A stretch of DNA of 64,000 nt, taken from IMG/VR virus record IMGVR_UViG_3300035145_003993, positions 1 through 64,000 of that record, one strand, 5' to 3'. Shown one piece after another: positions 7,692 to 17,800 of this stretch (position 1 is the first letter of the stretch; each line of letters starts with the position of its first letter). A program made the position numbers and the translations under genes. The notes beneath the pieces were generated by a model. That model did not search any database and was not told the DNA's origin. It saw only the letters and a list, made by a program, of their open reading frames with translations.

Positions 7692-8117
7692 TTATTTCTC
7701 AGAAAAAGCTAAGTTTGCCCATTTGTCTGCTGAACCTGAAAACATCTCCATAGGATCAGACTCGTTTACAACTTGACTATATGTATCAGATGGTTTTGCT
7801 GTAAATTGATTTGGTCTATCAGCACCATTTTGCTCTTGTAAAGTTGTTTTTGCAGTATCTTGAAGAATTGATGCCATTATTGGATCACTTGTTGTTTGAG
7901 ATATTATTTTATTTGTATTGTCTTCAAATTTTTCGTTTACTATTTTTTTAGATATTTGTGAAGACATTGTATCTTGTTTAAAATTATTTGCAGAATTTGT
8001 TGAAATAAGACTTTCATTTAATGAAGATGTATCTCCACCACTAAGACCTTCAGCTAACAGTTCTACTAAACACTCTTTTACAATGCTCTTAAGCATACTT
8101 CTACTTACTTTTGCCAT
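7692..8117 (-). CDS. hypothetical head-module protein with a scaffold-like C-terminus
   Basis: N-terminus MAKVSRSMLKSIVKECLVELLAE; C-terminus DKWANLAFSEK resembles scaffold DRWATLAGIRK. Confidence 0.8.
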   Translation of the reverse strand: MAKVSRSMLKSIVKECLVELLAEGLSGGDTSSLNESLISTNSANNFKQDTMSSQISKKIVNEKFEDNTNKIISQTTSDPIMASILQDTAKTTLQEQNGADRPNQFTAKPSDTYSQVVNESDPMEMFSGSADKWANLAFSEK

Positions 8118-8122
8118 ATTAA

Positions 8123-8671
8123 TTAATCACCTAAAAATGTTTCTACAACTTCTGTAAATTCTGATCTGTCGATTGATGTTAATCCTACAATTATTTTTCC
8201 ATTTTGTTTTGTATCAAAATATAGATTTGTACATCTTATTTCAAGTTGACTAGAACTAGAAGTAAATGTTAAAAAATTATCTAAAAGAATATCAGTTCTT
8301 GAAAAGGCTACATCTATACCATCACCTGTTGGTAAAAATTGAATCCATCTAGATATTTTTGGTAGTTTTAAAGTTTTTACTTCAACCAAGGTAAAACCTG
8401 CTTTTAAATTGTTTGCCTTTTTTTCGCTATCTTGAATTACTCCATCACCGCTAGTATCAGTAAATATATCTGTATCTGGAACAACACCATGTGTATGAAC
8501 AAAACCATTATTTGTCTCTGAGTGTCCTACAACAGCAGAATTATCATTTTTTTTGACAAAAAATGTACTAACTAGATCTGATGAAAGATCTACGACATAC
8601 GGTATAGAACTAATTTGGTATTCTGGAGTAAAATTATGACCTACTGATCTTGGGATATGAGATATCGACAT
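8123..8671 (-). CDS. beta-rich hypothetical protein, tandem paralogue B (possible capsid decoration protein)
   Basis: MSISHIPRSVGHNFTPEYQISSIPY...GLTSIDRSEFTEVVETFL; paralogous to the next gene. Confidence 0.8.
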   Translation of the reverse strand: MSISHIPRSVGHNFTPEYQISSIPYVVDLSSDLVSTFFVKKNDNSAVVGHSETNNGFVHTHGVVPDTDIFTDTSGDGVIQDSEKKANNLKAGFTLVEVKTLKLPKISRWIQFLPTGDGIDVAFSRTDILLDNFLTFTSSSSQLEIRCTNLYFDTKQNGKIIVGLTSIDRSEFTEVVETFLGD

Positions 8672-9084
8672 TAAGGTTGTCCTTCCAAGAATGTTTCTAC
8701 TACAGAAGTAAATTCTGATCTGTCTATAGCTGTTAGACCTGCTAATATTTCTAACGTTTTCCCATCATCAACATCGTTAAAATATAAATTAACACATCTA
8801 ATATGTAAAGGATATGTCCTATTCGTATCTAAAGTCATCCCATTACTACCAGCTGCAGCGTCTTTAGCACTAAAATAAACGGAAAGAATAGCATCAGCTT
8901 TAAATTGAAGCCACTGTGTTATTTTAGGAAATTCAACAACATAAACTGTACTACCGTTTACAGTTAAAGGAGAATTATTGTCATAGGTATTAATCACACC
9001 ATCTCTTGTATAAGGAATAGCACTAATTTGATATTCAGGTAAAAAATTATGACCTACTGATCTTGGAATATGTGATATTGCCAT
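8671..9084 (-). CDS. beta-rich hypothetical protein, tandem paralogue A
   Basis: Start at ATG 9084 (TAATG overlap with the gp21 stop) aligns with the paralogue: MAISHIPRSVGHNFLPEYQISAIPY...GLTAIDRSEFTSVVETFL. Confidence 0.8.
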   Translation of the reverse strand: MAISHIPRSVGHNFLPEYQISAIPYTRDGVINTYDNNSPLTVNGSTVYVVEFPKITQWLQFKADAILSVYFSAKDAAAGSNGMTLDTNRTYPLHIRCVNLYFNDVDDGKTLEILAGLTAIDRSEFTSVVETFLEGQP

Positions 9085-9686
9085 TATTTCCACTCCATTA
9101 TGTCATTAAATATTCTATCTATTCTGTCTGTTTTGTTAAATACGTTATTTATAAACTGGGGAGAAACTTCTTTTCCTTCTTTCATCATAAACGCACCAGG
9201 AGTTGAAGGCTCACTTACAAAATCCCAACAAATAAGTTGAAAATCATCTTGTACAATTTGCATATCACCTTGAATTTTTGTACTTCCAACGCCTCTAGAA
9301 GAAATTCCTAATGTTACTCCACTTTCAACTAATGATTGTAATATTTTTCCACTAGGAGTATTAAGAATTTCAACTACACCATAGACAATATTACCTTCCA
9401 TATACGCTTGTTTAATATTATGTGAAGCATTTTTTAATTCAACAACAGAAGAATCTGGATGGTCTAGTTCACCTAAAGCTCTATTTTCTTTAATAAACTT
9501 TTGATAATTTCTTATTTCTCTTTCTAGAATATTCCTTGGATAAACTCTTCCATTCTGATTTAAAGTTTCAGCTTTTTGTAAAATACCTTTCATGATTAAA
9601 GGCTTACCTAGATCTTTTTGTTCTTTAATTAATTTAGGATCGTATTCAAAATTAACCCATTCTGTAATAAGTCTTTGAGCACCCAT
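9084..9686 (-). CDS. gp21: prohead protease, T4 gp21-like
   Basis: GILQKAETLNQNGRVYP, ALGELDHP, ASHNI, TPSGKIL, LGISSRGVGS, DFVSEPSTPGA. Confidence 0.97.
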   Translation of the reverse strand: MGAQRLITEWVNFEYDPKLIKEQKDLGKPLIMKGILQKAETLNQNGRVYPRNILEREIRNYQKFIKENRALGELDHPDSSVVELKNASHNIKQAYMEGNIVYGVVEILNTPSGKILQSLVESGVTLGISSRGVGSTKIQGDMQIVQDDFQLICWDFVSEPSTPGAFMMKEGKEVSPQFINNVFNKTDRIDRIFNDIMEWK

Positions 9687-9687
9687 T

Positions 9688-10518
9688 TTATTCTCCTGAT
9701 ATTTCTTCTTTTAATTTTCCGATTGTTAAAAATCTTTGAAGATTTTCTTTTGACATATCATTACAATCTAAATCTTTAATGTTATTAACAACAAAGCTAT
9801 ATTTTTCATTTAAAATTTGATTGTTACAATCACTAATATAATTTTCAAGAATATTAATACAAGATATTTTTATTGCATTATATTTATTTGAAAGAGAATC
9901 TTCATTGTCTTTTATAAAAAAAGATATCATTTCTCTTTGCGATTCATTTAATTTAGAGTTATATTTTTTCTCAAACATTTCATTCATAATCTTATATGTA
10001 AGAGAATCAACTTTTTTTGGAATAATATTTTCTTTTATTAATTCTTTTTTACTAGTTAAGCTTTCATGTAATTTAATTTCATATTCAGTTACTTTGTCAA
10101 AACTTGGATTTTTATTTCTCCATTCATTCAACAAAGTCTGAATTGTTGCATATGTTCTATAATTTTTAATTTTTCCTTCGAAAATATTGCCTTTTCCAAA
10201 AGTATAGTTTAAGTCTTTAATTAAAAAGGATTTTTCTTCTTCTAATTTTTTATTATCAAACATATGATTACAAGCTTTTTTAGCTTCATTAATAATTGAA
10301 GTAGCTAAAGTTTCTGAAACATTGGAAGTTTCAGAAAGAGCTTTAAAAAGTTTATATTCTTTAAATAATTGTGTATCTTGCTTAAAATTTTTCTTTATTA
10401 TATTAATTGCAAGTTCGGCGCTTTTTTTATCATCTTCCATTAGTCTTTCACAAACAAAGTTTATAATTTGTTCATATATTATACCAATGTTTCTTTTTTT
10501 ATTATGATTCTTCGCCAT
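9688..10518 (-). CDS. helical head-assembly protein between portal and protease (prohead-core position)
   Basis: Probable start ATG 10518 (MAKNHNKKRNIG). It occupies the slot of T4 gp67/gp68 and carries several L/I-x-E sites. Confidence 0.75.
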   Translation of the reverse strand: MAKNHNKKRNIGIIYEQIINFVCERLMEDDKKSAELAINIIKKNFKQDTQLFKEYKLFKALSETSNVSETLATSIINEAKKACNHMFDNKKLEEEKSFLIKDLNYTFGKGNIFEGKIKNYRTYATIQTLLNEWRNKNPSFDKVTEYEIKLHESLTSKKELIKENIIPKKVDSLTYKIMNEMFEKKYNSKLNESQREMISFFIKDNEDSLSNKYNAIKISCINILENYISDCNNQILNEKYSFVVNNIKDLDCNDMSKENLQRFLTIGKLKEEISGE

Positions 10519-12499
10519 TGTTATCTTCCTTGTTTTCAAACATATCATCGTCTATAATTATATCAAAATCTTTGTCATTATTTTCTTTTAATAACTTATT
10601 TTTACTTAAATTTAAAGAATTAGACATTTTTTCTAAATCTTTTGACATTCTATAAGAAAGTTGTCTATCTACAAAATCATTAATTAAAGGACTTTGTGGA
10701 AGAATATTATCTGATAGTGAAGATCTAAAAACATCTTCAGAATTTGCTATTTTTATAGGCTTATTTATTCCACTACCTGATGATAAACCTGGTAAAGTTG
10801 TTTGTGACTTTCCTTTTTTTGATCCTTTTCTTTTAAATTTCCCTCTAGTTTTAGAAACTTTAGAATCAGCTTGGACAGGGTTTTCTTTATCTGGATCAAA
10901 AATATCTTTAGAGTCAAATTCTATTAAGTCATCAAACTCAGATAGATCTTTTTCTGTCATTATATTATTACCTTTTATTTCTCCTGAAAATAGATCTGAA
11001 ACAGGAGATTCATCTTCAACATCTGGGGCAGATGCTCCAGATCCAATGTCACCAGAAGACTGATCTGAGTCATCACCAAATATATCATCTTCAGTTTCTG
11101 GTAATTGTAAACCTTCAAGCTCCATTTCTCGGATTTTATCTTTTTCTCTTCCCATTTCAATTCTTGTAATTTCATCATCATTTAAATCAAGAATATGTTT
11201 TCTAATCCATTCTCTATCAACAAAACCTTCAGGAGCTCCTCCTGCTATTTCAAATTTGGTTCTTATTAACTCCAGTTTTTGTTGTTGAGCAATACTTGAT
11301 GGATTACATAATTTTAATTCAAAGTCTAATATAGATTCATCTGTATATCCGTGTGAATATAAATGAATCATTGCAATTTTATTTAATTCTGAAACTATTG
11401 TTTTTTGTATTCTTTGAATTGTTCTACTAAATCTAACATCTTCTTGAGCTAATGTAGCTTTTGATCCAATATCTTCATCATATCCAAGATATGCTTTTGG
11501 AATTTTAAGAGCTGCAAAAAGTTTCTTTTGAATATATTCAACATCTTCAATAGCTGTTGTATTTGATCCACCAGCCAAAGTATCAATTCTAGTTCCACTT
11601 TCTCCACCTCTTACTGGAAGGAAATAATCTTCATCAACTGATAGTGGATTATATCTTAAATCAACTTGTCCAGTATTTTTATCTACAACAGCATTTCTTT
11701 TTAAAGAAGATTGAGCTTGTTCAAGATAATCGGAAATATTTTCTGGAGGAATATTACCAACATCAATATAAAAAACTCTTCTTTCTGGAGATCTAATTAC
11801 TCTATATACAAGCATTGCATCTTCAATAAGAATTAGCTGACGCCAGACTCTTCGAGCACCTTCTAAAACAGAAGATCCATATGGTAAAAAAGCATCACTT
11901 CCTAAAAGTCTAAAATGAGACACTTGCCAATTTTCTAAAACCCTATTTCCTTGAGTTACCCATCTAAATCTTACAGCCCCTGGATCATTTGGATCAAAAC
12001 CTTCTTCTCTTTCTATTTCTGATATTGGTATTGGAAAAACGTTAACGACACCAAATTCAGGATGAATATCATTAAAAAGAAAAAAGTCTCCATATTTACA
12101 TAAATTTCTAACCCACATAGAAAGATTAAAATCTATATTAAGCGTATCATAAAATAATTCATCTAATATTTTTTTAATCATTCTATTTTCAGAGTAAATA
12201 TTTAAAATATTACCTTCTACATCAGGTGAAGCACATTCTTCAGAGTATATATCTAAAGCAGAAGAAATCTCTGGAGTTCCTTCCATCTCTGAAAAATCAG
12301 AATATCTTGACATTCTATCATATGATCCATAGGCTCTTAAAGTACTATTGTAAACATCACTATGTGCTTTTTTAAATACTTCTAAAGAAGATTTAGAGTA
12401 AGACTCTTTATCTTGTATCTTTTTAATTCTTCTTTTAACTACAGGACCTGATCTAAAAAGGTCTGTTAATTTTTTAAATAAATTATTATTTTCTGCCAT
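10502..12499 (-). CDS. gp20: portal protein, T4 gp20-like, with long charged C-terminal extension
   Basis: PEISSALDIYSEE, QLILIEDAMLVYRVIRSPERRVFYIDVGNIP, EDYFLPVRGGESGTRIDTLAGG, IEDVEYIQKKLFAALKIP. Confidence 0.97.
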   Translation of the reverse strand: MAENNNLFKKLTDLFRSGPVVKRRIKKIQDKESYSKSSLEVFKKAHSDVYNSTLRAYGSYDRMSRYSDFSEMEGTPEISSALDIYSEECASPDVEGNILNIYSENRMIKKILDELFYDTLNIDFNLSMWVRNLCKYGDFFLFNDIHPEFGVVNVFPIPISEIEREEGFDPNDPGAVRFRWVTQGNRVLENWQVSHFRLLGSDAFLPYGSSVLEGARRVWRQLILIEDAMLVYRVIRSPERRVFYIDVGNIPPENISDYLEQAQSSLKRNAVVDKNTGQVDLRYNPLSVDEDYFLPVRGGESGTRIDTLAGGSNTTAIEDVEYIQKKLFAALKIPKAYLGYDEDIGSKATLAQEDVRFSRTIQRIQKTIVSELNKIAMIHLYSHGYTDESILDFELKLCNPSSIAQQQKLELIRTKFEIAGGAPEGFVDREWIRKHILDLNDDEITRIEMGREKDKIREMELEGLQLPETEDDIFGDDSDQSSGDIGSGASAPDVEDESPVSDLFSGEIKGNNIMTEKDLSEFDDLIEFDSKDIFDPDKENPVQADSKVSKTRGKFKRKGSKKGKSQTTLPGLSSGSGINKPIKIANSEDVFRSSLSDNILPQSPLINDFVDRQLSYRMSKDLEKMSNSLNLSKNKLLKENNDKDFDIIIDDDMFENKEDNNGEES

Positions 12500-12502
12500 G
12501 TT

Positions 12503-14137
12503 TTATTTTCCTACTAACCAACTAAGATCTCCAAAAGGATTATTTTTTGTTGGTTTATTATTTTTTTTACCACTAAAATTATTTTGTGGCATAAAAACAG
12601 GTACAAAAGGATTCACACTGTTTTGTTTATTATTATAAAAAGGAGAAACAGCAGTGTTACTAATATTTGTATTATTTACTTCCATTCCTTTTAAAATAGC
12701 ATCTGCTTGCTGCATTTGAGTAACATTATAAGTATTCGAATTACTATCTGCTAACCAGCATCCTATAGCTAAAGACATAATTAAGTCGTCATTATAACCT
12801 TTCATTGCAGTTATTTTTTTACCATTCCAGATAAAAGTTTTTAATTCTGAATATAGTCTTTGTGAATATGACTTAATTCTTCCGTTTCTTAAACTTTCTT
12901 CAAGGTTAGCTAATATTTTATCTCTACTCTCTTTAGAAGTAGTAAATCCAGCTTTAGCTATATTATTTGCATCTCCGTACAAATATTGATACTTTTCTTT
13001 TTCTTTTGAAAAGTATATATTTTTATAACCTAATTCTGCTAATTTAACTAGCATTGTATATCCATACGCATTATTTTCAGGACAAACCATAGCATTATAA
13101 AATCTTTTAGATATGTCATATACTAAAGATGCAAATTGATCAGGTGGTATTTTTCCTTTAAATTCGCAAGCAATTGACATATCTTTGTTATTAATAACAT
13201 GGAATGCTGAATAGTCTCCACTATCACCACGTGCAATATCGCATGACATAGTATAAGTAACAGATTCAATTGGATATTCCCAATACCAAACATTGTTTCC
13301 GGGCCCGCTTTTTTCAATCGGACTCTTTGTTAGAACTCTTAAATTTTCTAAAACGTCATTAGATAAAAAAGTATCACCTGAAGATGCGAAGTCACATAAA
13401 AGCTCTTGAGAAACCTGCTTTTTAGACATATTTTTAGTTTCTTTATCAAACCAATCATCGTCTCTTTCCGGGTGAACATCCCACATTAACTTAATAGGAT
13501 TAAATTTATTTTCTTTTCTTTCAGCCTTTGTATATATTTCATGATATTGTCCACCAACACCATTAGGTGTTGATAACAAAATAGCACGTCCACCTGTTGA
13601 TAGTGTAGGATAAAGACCCATCCATAATTCGTCAAAATTTCTTACAAAAGCAGCCTCGTCTACAATTAACAAAGAAAGAGCTTCAGAACGACCTGCATCT
13701 TCAGATGTAGGTACAGCTTTAATTTGTGATCCATTTGAGAATTCAACTTGTTGCTTGTTATTAGCAGTGATTACTGGAACTAATAACCATTTAGGCATTG
13801 ATTTTATATACGTTTTTACTTTTCTAATAAAGTTTTGTGCAACTGCTAATTTAGTAGCAATAATAAGAATGTTTTTTTCTTTATAAAAAACTGCTTGCCA
13901 AACAGCATAAGCAGCAACTAATGTTGACAATCCTAACTGACGAGATTTTAAAATAATGTTAAATCTATGATCATTAAAATCTTTTACACAATCATCTTGA
14001 AAAGGAAAAGTATTAAATCTAATTAATCCTTTTAAAGGGTGTTGGATTTTAAGGTATCTATTCATAAAATAAACTGGGTCTTTACCACATTTAATTATTT
14101 CTGAAATTTGACCATTTTTTGATTTAACATTAGCCAT
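12503..14137 (-). CDS. gp17: terminase large subunit, T4 gp17-like
   Basis: CGKDPVYF, Walker A KSRQLGLST, Walker B LLIVDEAAF, STPNG, nuclease DIARGDSGDYS and NDDLIMS. Confidence 0.97.
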   Translation of the reverse strand: MANVKSKNGQISEIIKCGKDPVYFMNRYLKIQHPLKGLIRFNTFPFQDDCVKDFNDHRFNIILKSRQLGLSTLVAAYAVWQAVFYKEKNILIIATKLAVAQNFIRKVKTYIKSMPKWLLVPVITANNKQQVEFSNGSQIKAVPTSEDAGRSEALSLLIVDEAAFVRNFDELWMGLYPTLSTGGRAILLSTPNGVGGQYHEIYTKAERKENKFNPIKLMWDVHPERDDDWFDKETKNMSKKQVSQELLCDFASSGDTFLSNDVLENLRVLTKSPIEKSGPGNNVWYWEYPIESVTYTMSCDIARGDSGDYSAFHVINNKDMSIACEFKGKIPPDQFASLVYDISKRFYNAMVCPENNAYGYTMLVKLAELGYKNIYFSKEKEKYQYLYGDANNIAKAGFTTSKESRDKILANLEESLRNGRIKSYSQRLYSELKTFIWNGKKITAMKGYNDDLIMSLAIGCWLADSNSNTYNVTQMQQADAILKGMEVNNTNISNTAVSPFYNNKQNSVNPFVPVFMPQNNFSGKKNNKPTKNNPFGDLSWLVGK

Positions 14138-14140
14138 TTT

Positions 14141-14509
14141 TTATTTTACCTCATACACATAAGTACAAGTAAATAAAAGTTTTCTAAATGGACTATAAGG
14201 ACTAACTGTCATGGTTTCAAATTTATCATTGTCAGATATTTTTTTCTCAACAAGATCTCTACCAGCGCATTCTTTAAATTCTTTTTTTATTGTCTTCAGT
14301 CTTGATTTGATCATTTCATCTGATTCTTTTCTTAATCTAGAAATTTGATTGTGGAGATCACTTTCTTTAGAAGAATTAAAAATCGTAATATAACTAACAT
14401 TAAGACATCCATTAACAATTTTTGCAATAGTTTTTCTAGATCCACTTTCTGATGTGTAGTTATATACATTGTCTATTGCAGACCCTAAATGTAGTAAATC
14501 TTGTTCCAT
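14141..14509 (-). CDS. hypothetical protein upstream of terminase
   Basis: 122-aa ORF with AAGGA RBS and AATAATTA upstream. Confidence 0.75.
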   Translation of the reverse strand: MEQDLLHLGSAIDNVYNYTSESGSRKTIAKIVNGCLNVSYITIFNSSKESDLHNQISRLRKESDEMIKSRLKTIKKEFKECAGRDLVEKKISDNDKFETMTVSPYSPFRKLLFTCTYVYEVK

Positions 14510-14539
14510 TTTAAATTCCTTTTTATCTATTTATTTAAT

Positions 14540-14547
14540 TAATTATT
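14540..14547 (-). promoter_or_regulatory. putative late promoter AATAATTA heading the terminase-portal-protease unit
   Basis: Recurrent intergenic motif located at the switch from replication to packaging genes. Confidence 0.35.
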
Positions 14548-14559
14548 ACTTACAATAAC

Positions 14560-14814
14560 TTATTTATTAGGACGCCACCCATTATTCCATTTTTCTTTAT
14601 TATGGTAATAATATAAATCATAACATATTTCACACAAATTACTTTTCTTAAGACATTCGACATCTTCTACAGTCGATATTAATTTTTTACAAAAACTGCA
14701 ATCTAGAGGTAAAGGTTGATCTCCTATAGGTCTAATAAATTTAACACCATTTAAAATAGTTTCTTCTTCGTTATTGTCTATTTTTTCCCATTTTTGATTA
14801 AGAACAGAAGACAT
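14560..14814 (-). CDS. small zinc-finger-like protein (CxxC...CxxC, C-terminal WxxGWRP)
   Basis: CSFC and CEIC pairs; start likely ATG 14814, overlapping the end of the Mre11-Rad50 gene. Confidence 0.7.
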   Translation of the reverse strand: MSSVLNQKWEKIDNNEEETILNGVKFIRPIGDQPLPLDCSFCKKLISTVEDVECLKKSNLCEICYDLYYYHNKEKWNNGWRPNK

Positions 14815-17800
14815 AAGAGTCATTTCCTTTCCTTGAAATTTCAATATTTTTATCTACTATATCTTTAATAGAATCAACATGTGATATAACTAAAATTGTT
14901 TTAAAGTATTTTTTAAGACTGGTTAACAATCTAGAACAAGCTTCAATATTTGAATCATCCAATGCACCAAAACCTTCGTCAATTATAAAGATATTTGATT
15001 TTGGTAATGATGATATATTAATTAAAGCGACTCTTATTGCAATAGAAGTAATCATTTTTTCCATTCCACTTGCACACTCTATTATTCTTTTTGAATCACC
15101 GTAGTCTATATAAACATTTAAGTTTGTCCCGTCATCTTCTAAATTGATTTTGAATGTAGCAACGCCTGAAAGGATTTTGTTAATTTCGTTATTAATAAGT
15201 GGTAAACTATTATTAATAAGCATAGTAGGGATTCCTTTTTTGGATATTGCGTAAGAAAACAAATCGAAAGTTTTCCATGAATTTATAAGACTATAATAAT
15301 CATTTTTTTCTTTATTTAAAATTTCAATTTGACTTTCTAAAACGAATATATCTTTATTGTTTTTAATAATAGAGTTATCATAATCATATATGTCAGAAGA
15401 TATGTCGTTTAACGTTCGTTTTAACTTTATTATCTCGTTATTTAAATCATCATTTGTGATATCTTTAATTTCATCTCTTATAATCTCTAACTTTTTTATT
15501 TTTTCTTTGTTTGATTCTAATTTTTCTTTTGTATAAGATATTTTTTCATTGTTTCTTTCAATATCAATATTAGTTTTATATTCTTTATTTAAAAGATCAT
15601 TAAATTTCTTTATTTTTTCTTCTAAATTTTCTTTTTCGATTGATTTAATTGCTGATGATATTTCAATCATGTCAATTTCAATTTTTCTTATTTCTTTATT
15701 TAAACTTTTAATATTATCTTTAGAACTATAAGCGTCTTTAATAAACTTACAACTAGAAAATGATTCATCACATGGAACTTCTTCTAGTATTTTTAAACTA
15801 TTATTGTTTCTTTTTAATTCTTCATTAATAAATAATTTATTTCTTTTAACATTATTAAGTTTAATTCTTAATTCATCTAATCTCGATTTATCTTCTTCTA
15901 AATTTTTAATAGAATAATTTTTCTTAAAATCAGAAATTTTTTCTAAAAAGTTTTTATTACTTTCTAACTTGTTTTCAAAATCTAAAATATTACTTTGATC
16001 TGAATCAAGTCTATTATTTAGATAATTTATTTCATTAGTAATTTTTTCTAGTGTATATCCTGATGGGTGTTGTTTATTTTGTTTTTCTAAATTAGAAATT
16101 TTTACTTTAATATTTACTTCTTTTTCTCTTAATTCAGAAAGATTAAACTTTATTTTTTCTGTAAGATTTTCTAATTCTAATATTTTATTTTTAGATTGTG
16201 TAATTAAATCTTTCCAATTTTTTTCTTCTAGATTTTTATGTTTATTTTTTAAAATAACATAATCTTCTCGAGATTTTTTATAAAGCTCTTCATATAGATC
16301 TAGTTTTAAAAATTTGGTTAAAACAGATTTTCTTGCACTAGATTTTTCTTTTATAAAAGTATTCATTTCACCTTGTGAAGCAAAAGAAGTATAAAGAAAG
16401 TCTTCTGACGTTCCGAATAAACTTCTAATAGTCTTTTCAGTTTCTCTTCTCTGTTCTTCAGTTTCATTTAATTCTTCACTATCTTGATAATTTTTTAAAA
16501 CTAAATTTGTTGTTGAAGATATTTTTCCATTTTTACTAGAATTTTTTACTGTTGATCTTTCAATTTCATATTTTGATTGTCCTAATGATATTATTGCTTT
16601 AGCTTTACAACTTCCTTTTCGTGTATTAATAATATTTTGATTTTTAATAGAACCTCTATCTGTAGAGTTGAATAGACAATACATTAATGTTCCAGGAATA
16701 GAAGATTTTCCTGCTCTGTTGTTTCCAAACAATCCAACAACACCTTCTAAATTATCAAAGTTTATTAAATTATTTTTTCCATAAGAAAAAGTATTATCAA
16801 AATTTAATTGATGTATTGACCAATTTGTATTATTACTCGAAGATATTTCATCGGGTATTTGATCTAAATAATTTTCAAATAAGTTATTAACCTTTATTGT
16901 TTCATCTTCATCAATTACTTCACCAAAAAATTCTTTGAGTAAAGATTTTCGATTTTTTTTATTTCTTATATTAAAAGACTTAGATTTTTCTTGACTTATA
17001 GAAGAAAGATCTATATTGTTTTTACCAGTATTTTGATAAACAATTTCTTTAGCCTTTTTTTCTTCTTTAAGATAATGATGTAATAAGCGAATTTCTACTT
17101 GTGTAATATTACTGTTAGATCTAATTCTAAATCTAGATTCTTTTTTGATTTTTTCTAAAAAAGGAAGCGTGTTTTCAACAGAACCTTTCCAGTCTACTGT
17201 AATAAAAGGATGTGGATTATCAATAGGTATAAATTTACTTTTATAATCGTTTGAATTATTTATTTCCCATAAAAGATAACCTTTTTTAATGTCTTCACCA
17301 TAGTTTTGTTGTATGGTTGATCCTGGATAAGCAACTTTTTTTTCTGGATCTAGATATTGAAATTTGTGTATATCGCCTAGAAATGTGAATTCATAATCTT
17401 CAAAAAAGTTTAAACTTACTTCTCCTTCTAATTCCCAATCAATATCAGTTTTTGATCCCCATACTGCACCGTGAAAACAAGCAATATTAATTTCGCCAGG
17501 AATTGGTTTTACGCTATTCCAGTTTTCTTCATCAAAGCAAGAAAAAACGCACCAATTAAATCCTTTAATTCCCGTTGGATAAGTTCCACTATCTTTGTAA
17601 AGGTAAATATTTCTATTATTTAGTGCATTTATTAATGGTGTAATTGCATCTTGCCTATCTTTATTTAGAATAAGTCCATCATGATTTCCGAGAATTATAT
17701 GTGTAGGAGCAATCTCTGATAAGCTATTAAACCACCAAATTAAATGATCAATTATTTCAGGAGATATTCCTTGTGTCTTAGAATGAACAATGTCACCACC

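Noticed and set aside
2067-10507. Short plus-strand ORFs (2067, 4713, 5022, 5310, 7429, 7918, 9905, 10322)
   Set aside because: They are Ser/Phe/Leu-rich antisense shadows of acidic or Lys-rich minus-strand genes.
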